From an uncultured Gammaproteobacteria bacterium (GTDB lineage Bacteria; Patescibacteriota; Patescibacteriia; UBA11705; DATKZF01), in assembly GCA_964411255.1 (NCBI GenBank), contig CAYPKD010000003.1, positions 16,477 to 80,476 on the forward strand: 64,000 nt of DNA, written 5' to 3'. The notes beneath the pieces are model-generated. The model was not told where the DNA came from and ran no database searches. It saw nothing but the letters and a program-made list of their open reading frames with translations. The position numbers and the translations under genes were made by a program. This document shows positions 40,558-50,947 of this stretch, one piece after another (the stretch's first letter is position 1; every line of letters starts with the position of its first letter).

Positions 40558-43398
40558 TTACTCTAAATTTATAGCAGGACCGCTAATTTGATAATTATCC
40601 CCGCTTTTATCAACTATTTTTGCACTTACATTAAATGATCCTTCACCTGGAAAACTGGACCAGGAGACAAACACTACATTTGAGCTAGGATTTACAACTG
40701 AACCAATTTCAGCAGAACTGCCGTTTTTATTATAATAAAATGTAACTTCTTGACTATTGCTCAAATCAGTCAACCGTCCTTTCACAACCAAAGGAAAATT
40801 ATCTGCTGAATATGTTGCTCCACTGGCAGGGAACATCCATTCTAAGTCAGGGTCTGGCCGTTCAGCCATTATATTTATTTCAATTGTAGCTTCACTGGAA
40901 TTTTCAACATCATCATAAGCAATCGCTTTAAGCGTATGATAGCCATTTACCACATTTGAACCAATTGTATAATTTAATGCAAAAGGATAATTAAAACTGG
41001 TAGCAATATAATTTCCATCTAAATGATAGTCTACTTTTGTTATTCCTCTTGGTGCAAAAGTATCAACCAGAGCTGATAAAACAACAGAAGTTATATCTTG
41101 CCCGCTTTGAGGAGAAGTAAAACTTATATGCGGTTTATTGTCAGGCGTATGAACATCATCTGATTCAGTTGGCGGTTTGGCAATTTCAAATTCTTCGCCC
41201 TCCTCTTCAGCTTTTTTCGCTTTGGCTTCCATCCAGCCAATCACTGCGCCTTCCCATGAGCTATAAGCCGGATCTAAATTGTCTTTATTTGGGACTGGAC
41301 CCAACGGATCTGCTGGATTTACATAATGCAAAATATTATGAACTTCCATAAATGTCTTTTCCTCAATAGCTGAAGGAGGGGTATGCTCTGTGGCCAGTTT
41401 GCCGCTGTATTTGTCAATTTTTACTTTCTTTTCAGTTGAGTAAGTACCATTTAATATTGCTTTATCTGTTTTAGGCTTTGCATAAGATTTAAAATCTTCA
41501 ACTGGCAACTCTTTTGTTGCCTCTCTCATATATGCATTCCAGATCGGGGCGGCAACCACGCCTCCAGCTGCACCCCGGTGCATTGCTGTATTATCATTGT
41601 TTCCGACCCAAACACCTGCTACTAAGCTAGGCGTATAGCCCATTGTCCAAGCATCTTTATAATCATTTGTTGTTCCGGTTTTGGCTGCTACTGGCCGAGA
41701 TCCTAAAGTTAAACTGTTACTTGCTCCAAAAACATATGACCTGGCTCCATTATCAGACAATACACTACTTATCATTCGTGCAATATTACGATCAATTACA
41801 TCTCGTTCTGCTGGCTGATCAAATTCTTCTATTAATCTGCCATCCATGTCTTCAATTCTTAAAATAGAAGTGGATGGAATATATTTTCCTTCATTGGCAT
41901 ATACAGCAAAGGCATTAGCATGCTCTAAAAGCTTTAACTCCCCGCCACCCAATACAATAGCCAAACCAAATCGGCTTCTGTCTTCAAAAGATGTATATCC
42001 AAATTTTTCTAATAAATCTATAAAATTATCCTGGCCAGCCAAATACAATGCTTTAACTGCGGTGGTGTTTAATGAACCTGCCAAAGCTTTTCGAATACTG
42101 ACTGGGCCATGAGCAGAATTATCATAATTATGGGGAATATATGCCCTGCCGCCATCTGTAGTAAAATTCGTAACTGCATCAAATAAAATGCTTTCTGGAG
42201 AAAAGCCTTTATTAAAAATGGCTGAATATGCCATTGGCTTTAATGAAGAACCTGGCTGGCGCAAACGGGTAGTAACATTAACCTGACCGTCTATTGAATC
42301 ATCAAAAAAATCTTTTGAACCGACCATGGCTAATATTTGTCCAGTTTTTGGATCTAAAGATACTAGAGCAGCATTTGAAAATCCATATTGTTCACCTCTG
42401 GCATCTACTCCATCACGAACTGCATTTTCAGCTATTTCCTGCTTATCTAAATCAATAGTAGTAATCACTTTTAATCCCTGCTCAAGCATTTTTTCACCGT
42501 ATTTTTCAGACAATACCTCTTTTACATACATTACAAAGTGAGGGGCCGTAATACTTTCTTTTTTCTTTTGGAAATGAAGTTCCTGAGTTTTTGCCTGATC
42601 TGCCTGCTCTTTTGAAATATAACCGTCTTCTGCCATTTGATCCAAAATAAAATGCTGCCGGTTTATTAATTCATCCTTATTTGAACCATATGGAGAAAAG
42701 TAACTCGGAGCTTTTGGCAAAGCTGCCAGTATGGCACCTTCAGCCAGAGTTAAATCCTGCACCTCTTTAGCAAAATATGTCTGTGAAGCTGAAGCCACGC
42801 CGTAGGAAACTGAACCATATGGAATTTCATTTAAATACATTTGTAAAATCTGGTCCTTAGAAAACTTTTTTTCTATCTGATATGCTAAAATTAATTCTTT
42901 TATTTTTCTGGTATATGTTTTTTCTGATGTTAAAATCGCATTTTTTACAAACTGCTGAGTGATGGTTGAACCGCCTTGGGCCTTCCCCCCTTTTAAAACA
43001 TTTTTTAACACGGCTCGGATAATACCAGTCCAGCTAAAACCATGGTGTTCATAAAAATGCCTGTCTTCAACTGCAATAGTCGCCCATTTAACTTCAGCTG
43101 GAATATCTTCAAGCATCACCAATGTTCTTTTTTCTTCTCCATGCACTTCATATAATACGGTTTGTCCAGTCCGGTCATATATTTTTGTACTCTGCGCCAC
43201 ATCCCGGCTCATTATTTTATTTGGATCAGGCAAATCTTTTGAAAACCAGGCAAAAACGCCGATCATTAAAATTACACCAATAATAAATCCAAAAATTGCA
43301 ATTATAAAAAGCCGCTTGAGCCAGCCTTTCCAGCCAATTTTTTTCTTTTTTGATTTATCTTGCTTTATTCTTCTGCTTTTAAAATGTGGTAATGGCAT
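40558..43398 (-). CDS. Class A penicillin-binding protein (PBP1A family) with C-terminal Ig-like domains
   Basis: EDRHFYEHHG, QGGSTITQQ, RKIKE transglycosylase motifs; QPGSSLKP, SLN, KTGT transpeptidase motifs. Confidence 0.96.
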   Translation of the reverse strand: MPLPHFKSRRIKQDKSKKKKIGWKGWLKRLFIIAIFGFIIGVILMIGVFAWFSKDLPDPNKIMSRDVAQSTKIYDRTGQTVLYEVHGEEKRTLVMLEDIPAEVKWATIAVEDRHFYEHHGFSWTGIIRAVLKNVLKGGKAQGGSTITQQFVKNAILTSEKTYTRKIKELILAYQIEKKFSKDQILQMYLNEIPYGSVSYGVASASQTYFAKEVQDLTLAEGAILAALPKAPSYFSPYGSNKDELINRQHFILDQMAEDGYISKEQADQAKTQELHFQKKKESITAPHFVMYVKEVLSEKYGEKMLEQGLKVITTIDLDKQEIAENAVRDGVDARGEQYGFSNAALVSLDPKTGQILAMVGSKDFFDDSIDGQVNVTTRLRQPGSSLKPMAYSAIFNKGFSPESILFDAVTNFTTDGGRAYIPHNYDNSAHGPVSIRKALAGSLNTTAVKALYLAGQDNFIDLLEKFGYTSFEDRSRFGLAIVLGGGELKLLEHANAFAVYANEGKYIPSTSILRIEDMDGRLIEEFDQPAERDVIDRNIARMISSVLSDNGARSYVFGASNSLTLGSRPVAAKTGTTNDYKDAWTMGYTPSLVAGVWVGNNDNTAMHRGAAGGVVAAPIWNAYMREATKELPVEDFKSYAKPKTDKAILNGTYSTEKKVKIDKYSGKLATEHTPPSAIEEKTFMEVHNILHYVNPADPLGPVPNKDNLDPAYSSWEGAVIGWMEAKAKKAEEEGEEFEIAKPPTESDDVHTPDNKPHISFTSPQSGQDITSVVLSALVDTFAPRGITKVDYHLDGNYIATSFNYPFALNYTIGSNVVNGYHTLKAIAYDDVENSSEATIEINIMAERPDPDLEWMFPASGATYSADNFPLVVKGRLTDLSNSQEVTFYYNKNGSSAEIGSVVNPSSNVVFVSWSSFPGEGSFNVSAKIVDKSGDNYQISGPAINLE

Positions 43399-43436
43399 AT
43401 TTAATAAAATTAAAAAGTAAAAAGTAAAAAATTGAA

Positions 43437-44462
43437 TTATTTGCTATTTTTTTCTTTAACTGTTTCTGGGTATAGCTGATCAATAATTGCACCAGCTACA
43501 TCTCTTTCTTTTCCATTATACGGTATATGATGCATACTGATCATTGGAGAACCGTTTAATTCAACAATTATGTAATTTCTTTCAGTTGGGGGGGATGAAA
43601 TATCTTTTGTCATATAGTCAATGCCTGAATAAGCTAATCCTGGGATTGACTGTACAATTTTAACCATTAGCTTTTTAACTTCTGGATGAACTAGATCTGT
43701 TACATCATAACTGTCACCGCCAGTTGATAAGTTGGATGTTTTTCTTAAGTAAACAATATCATCTTTTTTAGGAATGGTTGTCAATTTCTTTTTTTGAGAA
43801 TTCAAAAAATCAACTAATTGTTTATCTATTTTAATTTTTACTAAACTTTTTTTATGTCCAGATCCTCTTCTTGGATCCTTATTTTTGAGCTGTATCAATT
43901 CTTTAATTGTATGAATACCATCTCCCTGTACATTGGCAGGCACTCTATATGTGGCAGCAACAAATTTTTCATTAGTGGCAAAAATCCGATATTCTTTTCC
44001 GTAAAATTCTTTTTCTACCATTACTGTCCTGTATTTCCCGCCAAATTGCTGCAAAGCTTGTTCTAACTTTTGATCAGAATCAATACCAATAAAAACTTTT
44101 GTACCATGTTTACCAGCTAAGGGTTTTAGCACAACTGGATATTTAATCTCATTACAATACTTAATGATCTTATCTTTTTCAGTATAGTCAAATATGTTTC
44201 CTTTCGCAACTTTTATACCTGCTTTTTGCAAAATATATTTGGTCAACGCTTTATTCTTTTGTATTCGTTGGGCAATACTGCTGTTTTTTGATGTTACCTG
44301 ATAAATAATAAACTCCTGATGCCCTTTATAATCTAAATGCAGAGCATCGTCTTTTGATAACTCACCTTGTTTAAATATTTTCTTTACTTGAATTCCCCTA
44401 TTTTCTGCAGCTTTACCGATTAAATAGCTGCTAAAATAGGAAAAATCTTCGTTATTTAACAT
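43437..44462 (-). CDS. Stand-alone ATP-grasp ligase (cyanophycin synthetase / GshAB-like domain)
   Basis: VVLKP..GKHG, EYRI, RVPANVQGDGIHTIKELI..KN, NLSTGG, GID, ELNGSP. Confidence 0.88.
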   Translation of the reverse strand: MLNNEDFSYFSSYLIGKAAENRGIQVKKIFKQGELSKDDALHLDYKGHQEFIIYQVTSKNSSIAQRIQKNKALTKYILQKAGIKVAKGNIFDYTEKDKIIKYCNEIKYPVVLKPLAGKHGTKVFIGIDSDQKLEQALQQFGGKYRTVMVEKEFYGKEYRIFATNEKFVAATYRVPANVQGDGIHTIKELIQLKNKDPRRGSGHKKSLVKIKIDKQLVDFLNSQKKKLTTIPKKDDIVYLRKTSNLSTGGDSYDVTDLVHPEVKKLMVKIVQSIPGLAYSGIDYMTKDISSPPTERNYIIVELNGSPMISMHHIPYNGKERDVAGAIIDQLYPETVKEKNSK

Positions 44463-44496
44463 ACTTTTTGGATTGATTTACTTTTTTTTAAAACTA

Positions 44497-45432
44497 TCAA
44501 TCTTTAAAAATCATGTCAATAATATCCCCAGCAGGATCTCGCGGTTTTCCAACATGAGGATAATGATGCATAATAATGTGCGGCCTGGAGTTAACTTCAA
44601 TAACTGCTCCACCCGGCTTTTTAATATCTTTAGTCATTAGATCAATACCAGCCACAGGTAATTTTAAGACTTTTGCTATCTTGATAGCTGTTTTCTTCAC
44701 TTTTGGATGCATAATATCAGTCGCATCAACACTGGTTCCTCCAACAGCAACATTTGCAATTTCTCGTAAAAAAACTCTCTGGCCTTCTTTGGGCACGGTT
44801 TTTAAGGACATGCTTTGCTTTCTTAATACTTGCTTCGTAGTTTTGTCTTTTTTTATGTCTTTTTTATACGTTAACTTGATTGCATTTTTTATATTTATCA
44901 ATTCCTCAATAGTATATTTACCATCCCCGTCAACATAGGCTGGAATTCTATGCAAAGCATATACTTTTTTACCATTAATAACTGAAATTCTGTAGTCATC
45001 TCCAAAAATAAATTTTTCAACCACAATCACCTTTGCTTTTGAATGTTTTTTTGCTTCAATAAATGCTTTTTTTAGCTGAGGGATTGTCTTTATATGAACG
45101 GTCACCCCTTTTCCCAGAGACGAATCGCCTGGCTTAACCACAATGTCCTTATATTTTTTTAAAAATGAAACCGCTTCTTTATACTCCTTGCATTTAATCT
45201 GCGCTGGAACAGATATTTTATGTCTTCTTAAAACAAAATTTGTCAGTTCCTTTTTATCTGAAATTCTGTAGGCTAAATGACTTGTTTCCATTGGCCTGGA
45301 GGAATCAATCAAAACTTTTTTCTTGCCTTTTTGTAAATACTGGAATTTACCAAAAGGATCAAAGTTTGAAAATTTAACTCCCCTGGCTTTGGCTGCTTTT
45401 TTTATTAAAAGTCTATATGGTGATAATTTCAT
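44497..45432 (-). CDS. Stand-alone ATP-grasp ligase (cyanophycin synthetase / GshAB-like domain)
   Basis: VVKP..SLGKGV, GDDYRI, RIPAYVDGDG, NVAVGG, GID, EVNSRP. Confidence 0.88.
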   Translation of the reverse strand: MKLSPYRLLIKKAAKARGVKFSNFDPFGKFQYLQKGKKKVLIDSSRPMETSHLAYRISDKKELTNFVLRRHKISVPAQIKCKEYKEAVSFLKKYKDIVVKPGDSSLGKGVTVHIKTIPQLKKAFIEAKKHSKAKVIVVEKFIFGDDYRISVINGKKVYALHRIPAYVDGDGKYTIEELINIKNAIKLTYKKDIKKDKTTKQVLRKQSMSLKTVPKEGQRVFLREIANVAVGGTSVDATDIMHPKVKKTAIKIAKVLKLPVAGIDLMTKDIKKPGGAVIEVNSRPHIIMHHYPHVGKPRDPAGDIIDMIFKD

Positions 45433-45433
45433 A

Positions 45434-46363
45434 TTATTTAAATAATTTAAGTATTTCTTTAGCCACATTATAAGAACGGCCTAAGTCAGGGTAATGATGG
45501 ATCAAAATTCCAGGAATTAAATTAAGCTCAGTTATGTATGCTGGCTTTTTATTAATATCTTCAGATAAATAATCAATGCCAACCACTGGCACCTGAAAAC
45601 TTTTTGCAATTTCAATAGATAATTTTTTTATTTTTGCACTTAATTTATTTGTAATGTCAATTGCTTCTCCACCTGTTGCTAAATTGGCTGTTTTTCTTAA
45701 ATAAACAATCTGACCTTTTTGGGGCACAGAAGAAATTGCCATTTTTTGTTCTTTTAATATTTGCCTGGTAAATTTATCCTTTATGATTTGTCTTTTCATT
45801 CTTTTTCTTAACGGTTTTGCATTTTTTTCAGATATTAACTGGTTGATTGTCTTTTCACCATCTCCAACGACATGGGCAGCAATTCTTTGAGCAGCAAAAA
45901 TTTTCTTATAATCAATAACTAAAACCCGATGGTCAACACCAGCAACGAACTTTTCAGCAATAACCTCACTATGCACTTTCTGTGCTTCAGGAAAAGATTT
46001 TTTTAGCTCATTAAAAGTAGTAACGCCAACAGTGATTCCCCGACCCCGGACTCCAATTTTCGGCTTGACCACAATTTTTTTATATTTTTTTAAAAATAAC
46101 TTGCAATCGTTTATCGAAGAACATTGTTTTTGAGGCGGTACTGGGAAACCATGTTTTTTCAAATATAAATTTGTTAAAAATTTGTCTTTGATAATTTCAA
46201 AAGAAATATAAGGCGTAAGATGGGTTAAACTCTGATTCAGCCAAACCTCTTCTTTGCCTTTTTTATTAAGGATAACCATTTTTTTACTTTTCGGAAAAGG
46301 AACAATATTATATCCCTCTTTTCTGGCTTGGTCTGTAATGACTTTTGTATAGCGGTCTAACAT
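45434..46363 (-). CDS. Stand-alone ATP-grasp ligase (cyanophycin synthetase / GshAB-like domain)
   Basis: VVKP..RGRGI, DHRVLV, HVVGDG, NLATGG, GID, ELNLIPG. Confidence 0.88.
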   Translation of the reverse strand: MLDRYTKVITDQARKEGYNIVPFPKSKKMVILNKKGKEEVWLNQSLTHLTPYISFEIIKDKFLTNLYLKKHGFPVPPQKQCSSINDCKLFLKKYKKIVVKPKIGVRGRGITVGVTTFNELKKSFPEAQKVHSEVIAEKFVAGVDHRVLVIDYKKIFAAQRIAAHVVGDGEKTINQLISEKNAKPLRKRMKRQIIKDKFTRQILKEQKMAISSVPQKGQIVYLRKTANLATGGEAIDITNKLSAKIKKLSIEIAKSFQVPVVGIDYLSEDINKKPAYITELNLIPGILIHHYPDLGRSYNVAKEILKLFK

Positions 46364-46378
46364 ATTTTTTTAAAAAAA

Positions 46379-47782
46379 TTACTTTTTACTTGGATCAATA
46401 ATAAAATCTTTTAAATCTTTTTTTCCTATTATCATTGGATAAATTAACAAACTCCTGTCAATTAAAGAAACTACTGAATTGATCAATTTTCCTGAAATTT
46501 TAATCTTCATTTTTACTTTTGGCCGGACACTTACTCCATGTGAGGAAAATACTGTTACCACGCCCACAATGTCCGTGTGTTTTCCTAAAATTTCTTTTGT
46601 CAATTTTTTATCAAATTCTACTGAATTTTCTCTAGTAATTCCTTCAGCTGAAATATCCATTTGATTAAAAATATTAATTGCATCTGAATATCCTAATTCT
46701 CTGGCAATTTCAATGTCAATCGAAGTGCTGGCAGCGCCTGTATCTATTTTAGCTTCTAGATCTATCTCTTCTTCCACTTTTCCCTTGACCTTAACCTTTT
46801 CAATCAAGCCCAAAACCTGTTTACCCGTTATCTCTTCAATTTCCTGCTCAATCTCTCCACCAAATAAATTCTTAGCCACTTTTATTCCACGTTCAGCTGT
46901 TTTTATTTTTAAGCCCTGAACTCTCAACAGCCGCTCCTTTAGAGGGGCTAAATTTGCGACTTGGATTGAAAGTCCTGGCCGAGCATTCAATTCTAAAATC
47001 ACAGGACCTTTTTCTCGGTCAACTGCGATATCCACGCCAACATACTTTAATTTAGAGGCTTCCTGGGCAGCGATTGCAATATTCAAAATTTTATTCCAAA
47101 AAGGAATTTTTATGCCACGCAATGGGAAATTTGTTTCCGGTAAACTTTCAATCAGCCTATCGTTTTGAATGGCATTGGTTGTGATGCCTGAGGCAATATC
47201 AATACCGACACCGATACCGCCCATATGTAAATTTGCTTTGCCGTCAGATTCTTTGGTCGGCAGCCTGAGCATGGCCATTACCGGAACTTTGTTAAAAACT
47301 AGAACCCTAATATCAGGCACACCCTTATATGCATATAATTTGAAATTGGGATGAATTTTTAATCTCTCTTCAAAAAAAGCCTCATCTTCAGCGTGAGTTT
47401 TTGAATAATCACCATCTAAAATATTTAAAACATGATCTTTTATTTCATCAATGTTAACGGCTCGGTCTTTTGACATTACCCATACCCCACTTCTTTTACG
47501 ACCAAAGGTTATTAATATTCCTTCTCCACCCAGGCCTTTGTTTGGTTTTAAAACAAAACTAGAAGGCAATAAATCCCAATCAAAATTATAATACTCATTC
47601 CGGTCACGAATAACCGCTATCAAATCAGCTACTGGTAAACCAGCTTCAAACAATACTTCTTTTGACCGCAGCTTATCATCAGCTAATTTAATTGAAGAGT
47701 GGGAATTATATCTTCTAATAAATTTTAGGTTGCGGGCATTAATTCCCAAAAGCCCTTTACTTTTTCTCAGAAGATTCAACAT
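46379..47782 (-). CDS. Alpha-L-glutamate ligase-like ATP-grasp protein fused to retropepsin-like protease
   Basis: LGINARN, DDKL, VLKP..G.GGEGI, GVPDIR, AMLRLPT..S.GKANLH.GG, ELNARPGL.IQ.AN; C-terminal AKIDTGA..RP..DR..YPMIIGK. Confidence 0.9.
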   Translation of the reverse strand: MLNLLRKSKGLLGINARNLKFIRRYNSHSSIKLADDKLRSKEVLFEAGLPVADLIAVIRDRNEYYNFDWDLLPSSFVLKPNKGLGGEGILITFGRKRSGVWVMSKDRAVNIDEIKDHVLNILDGDYSKTHAEDEAFFEERLKIHPNFKLYAYKGVPDIRVLVFNKVPVMAMLRLPTKESDGKANLHMGGIGVGIDIASGITTNAIQNDRLIESLPETNFPLRGIKIPFWNKILNIAIAAQEASKLKYVGVDIAVDREKGPVILELNARPGLSIQVANLAPLKERLLRVQGLKIKTAERGIKVAKNLFGGEIEQEIEEITGKQVLGLIEKVKVKGKVEEEIDLEAKIDTGAASTSIDIEIARELGYSDAINIFNQMDISAEGITRENSVEFDKKLTKEILGKHTDIVGVVTVFSSHGVSVRPKVKMKIKISGKLINSVVSLIDRSLLIYPMIIGKKDLKDFIIDPSKK

Positions 47783-49331
47783 GTTTTATAACCTTTCTAA
47801 ATCTAAAATATTCCATCAATCTAAGGCCTGACCATTTTCCTAAGAAAATATTGATAATAAAGCATAAGAAAATGATTTCAGGATAACCCAGCAGAATAGC
47901 CTTGGTAGATGTCAGGCTGGCAATCCAAAAACAAAAACTGGATAAAATCAATGTCTCAACCGTTAAAATTATAGCTGTCTTATTCCCCTTTTCAATCTGG
48001 GCAGCAACAAATTTTTCAGCTAAAACTATTAATATTAAAATTGGAAAAACAGATATTGTAATCAGGCCAACATCCTTATAAAATGCTCCCAGTAAAAACA
48101 AAATAAAAATTGTCAGACTAACAATAATTAAAATTAAAGCCATTCTCGGCAAATAAAGCAAACCGATTTTTCTGGCCAATACCCTTCCCAAACTTGCAAT
48201 TGAAAGCACAATAACAAATATTAATAAGCCATATCCAATCCCAGTACCTAGAAACGAAAGTGCAATAATGGTTGGTGTATAAATCCCAAAAGCTTTTATG
48301 CCAATAAATTGTCTGGTAAACGACAAGATGGTTGCAATTAACGGCAAGGTCAATAACAAATAAATAGTATTGATCGGCACACCTTGATTAACCATGTAAT
48401 TAATCCCATAAGCAAGGAAATTCCATATTCTCAGCTGGCCAATTTCCCTTTGAGTATGAAGGCCTATTAACTGATATTTTGTATTATTTTCTTTCAATAA
48501 ACTTATTATTGAGTCAATATTCGTTGTTTTTATCGCAGAAAAAATAGATCCTTCCTGCGCTAAAATTACAAATTGTGGCTCAACCAGGTTAAACAAGGTC
48601 TGCGCCAGGCGTGCAGTTGTAGTGAATTTATCTGTAATTGAAATTATAACCTTGTTTGAAAAACCATAGTCAGCCAAACTAGGCCGCTCAGTAGTACCTG
48701 TTGCACTTAAAGTCTGGGCGGCATCAATCATTGCATTTAGACCCAGACTGCCCTGAGTCCATATAATAATATTTTTTGCCTGCTGAATATTTTCTTTTGA
48801 TTCTATTATTTTTTGAGTCAATTCTTTTTCGACTACAATGTCCAAATCCTTTTTTTCATTTTTAATATTTATAATTAAAATACCCTGGGTAGAAGCAATG
48901 CTTTGTAATTGATCGATTTGTTCTTGAGAAATTGAAAAATCACTTATCAATATTACTAAATCCTTATCCACAGAAACAATAAAATCATCAATTGACTGAT
49001 CACTGGTTATTTTGTTTTGCAAAGTTAAACTGGCCCGATAAATGCCCGGGTTTTTATAAGTATGGATAACTTCCAGGCCAGTGGCCCTGTTGCCATCGCC
49101 AAAATTCCAAATATATTCTATATCTGAATCCTCTGGAATACTTGAGCCTGCAGCGCTAAAAAGCACCTGCCTGCCCACAATAACATTACGATCACCGCCA
49201 GAGGTTGCGACCAAAGAGACTTGAGGAATTTCTTCTTCTGCAACAATCTCATCTTCCTGCGCCATCACCGGAGAGAATATAAAAAATATGGTAATAATCA
49301 AACAAAAAATTGTGAATAAGTACTTTTTCAT
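47757..49331 (-). CDS. 7TM-domain membrane protein (7TM_transglut-like) with N-terminal PKD domain
   Basis: YIWNFGDG PKD motif; RQFIGIKAFGIYTP, LLYLPR, FPILIL..AEKF, GKWSGLRLMEYFRF. Confidence 0.88.
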   Translation of the reverse strand: MKKYLFTIFCLIITIFFIFSPVMAQEDEIVAEEEIPQVSLVATSGGDRNVIVGRQVLFSAAGSSIPEDSDIEYIWNFGDGNRATGLEVIHTYKNPGIYRASLTLQNKITSDQSIDDFIVSVDKDLVILISDFSISQEQIDQLQSIASTQGILIINIKNEKKDLDIVVEKELTQKIIESKENIQQAKNIIIWTQGSLGLNAMIDAAQTLSATGTTERPSLADYGFSNKVIISITDKFTTTARLAQTLFNLVEPQFVILAQEGSIFSAIKTTNIDSIISLLKENNTKYQLIGLHTQREIGQLRIWNFLAYGINYMVNQGVPINTIYLLLTLPLIATILSFTRQFIGIKAFGIYTPTIIALSFLGTGIGYGLLIFVIVLSIASLGRVLARKIGLLYLPRMALILIIVSLTIFILFLLGAFYKDVGLITISVFPILILIVLAEKFVAAQIEKGNKTAIILTVETLILSSFCFWIASLTSTKAILLGYPEIIFLCFIINIFLGKWSGLRLMEYFRFRKVIKHVESSEKK

Positions 49332-49338
49332 ATATTTT

Positions 49339-49848
49339 TTATTTTTTGTTTAAATTTATATAAGTTAAAGAATTTCCTGCACAAATTGCCACTGCCAAAG
49401 CGTCTGCTGCATGGCTTGGTTTTGGTATTATCTTCAAATTTAATAAAAGTTTAACCATTTTTTGAATTTGTGCTTTTTCCGCTCTGCCATATGCTGCCAG
49501 CGCCTGCTTTATTTGCAAAGGAGTAAATATCATTACTGGCAGCTTTGCTAAACTGGCAGTTAAGATAATAACACCCAGCGCCTGGCCTACTTTAAGTGCG
49601 CTTTTTACGTTTTTAGCAAAAAACAAATCTTCAACAGCCACATAATCTGGCTGGTATTTATCTATTATGTCCTTTAATTTTTTATGAATACGAAGCAATC
49701 TTTCCGGAAATTCCTGGTCACTCTTCGTCTGGATGCATCCATAGTCAATCAGGTCTTCCTTATTGCTTTTTTTTGATATTAAACCATAGCCAGTATCAGC
49801 TAAGCCTGGATCCACTCCTAATATTTTTATTTCCTTAGAGATTGGCAT
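49339..49848 (-). CDS. ruvC: Holliday junction resolvase
   Basis: ILGVDPGLADTGYG, AVEDLFF, YGRAEKAQIQ, HAADALAVA. Confidence 0.97.
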   Translation of the reverse strand: MPISKEIKILGVDPGLADTGYGLISKKSNKEDLIDYGCIQTKSDQEFPERLLRIHKKLKDIIDKYQPDYVAVEDLFFAKNVKSALKVGQALGVIILTASLAKLPVMIFTPLQIKQALAAYGRAEKAQIQKMVKLLLNLKIIPKPSHAADALAVAICAGNSLTYINLNKK

Positions 49849-50560
49849 TTGAATAAACGCAATTAACGTCCTCAAGATTTTCTAAGCCTTCAATAATTTT
49901 ATTAATCTTTTCTTTAAGCTCATCAGAAATATTTTGAGAATCTTTGGCAATCCATTCCAATCCTGCATAATCAAGCTTATATTCTGCATTTTTTATTTTT
50001 TGCTCAACGGATTTTAGATTTTCTCTACTTGTATAAACAGTCAATCCACCCTGCTCTTGATTAACATCTTCTGAACCAAATTCAATTAGTTCCAATTGAA
50101 CTTCATCCAAATCTTTATCTTTATACGAGTCTTCAAGAATCCGGATTACACCTTTTTGTTCAAACATCCATTTAACTGAATTGGTTGAACCTAAAGATCC
50201 GCCTAATTTATTTAGGGCCGCCTTGATATCAGAACTGGTCCTGTTTCTATTGTCAGTCGTGCCTTCAATCAGCATGCCTATTCCTTCTGGGCCAAAAGCC
50301 TCATACAAAACTTCTACTATCTGCTCACCGCCAAGCTCGCCAGCGCCACGGGCAATCGCCCTTTCGATATTATCTTTTGGCATGTTTGCAGCTCTAGCCT
50401 GATCAATAGCCAGTCGCAGCTTAAAATTCATATTAGGATCTTTGCCTTCTTTGGCTGCGACAATAATATTGCGAGCAAGTTTGGTAAAGATGGAGGCTCT
50501 TTTTTTATCTGCAGCTTCTTTTGCCCGATGAGTTGTTGCCCATTTTGAGTGTCCAGACAT
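49835..50560 (-). CDS. yebC: YebC/PmpR family protein
   Basis: MSGHSKWA, NMPKDNIERAI, YEAFGP.G, TDNRNRT. Confidence 0.97.
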   Translation of the reverse strand: MSGHSKWATTHRAKEAADKKRASIFTKLARNIIVAAKEGKDPNMNFKLRLAIDQARAANMPKDNIERAIARGAGELGGEQIVEVLYEAFGPEGIGMLIEGTTDNRNRTSSDIKAALNKLGGSLGSTNSVKWMFEQKGVIRILEDSYKDKDLDEVQLELIEFGSEDVNQEQGGLTVYTSRENLKSVEQKIKNAEYKLDYAGLEWIAKDSQNISDELKEKINKIIEGLENLEDVNCVYSNANL

Positions 50561-50947
50561 ATATAAAATAAAAAATCAAAATGAAAAATTCAAAAAATTG
50601 GATTTTTCTTTTTAATAAAAAAATCCTCCTAGACTAATTCAACTATAGCAAAAAAAATGGTAATAATCAAGGGTATTACAAATATTCACATCGTATTAAA
50701 AAAATAAATTACAAATAATTGCAGATGATAACAAATTACATTTTAAATAGAGTTATACACAAAACCTTCTTGCATAATTTGAAAAAATCTTGCAATATAG
50801 AATTAAATTAAGAACTTGTTCTCAAAGGAGGGTTTATAAGAAAAATTTCACTTTACCAGTTAGGAGAGTTTTCTCTCCTTTAAAATAAAAACAAAAAGGG
50901 TCTCCGTAGCCATGCTTGACGGGGACTTTTTTTAAATAAATGAAACA

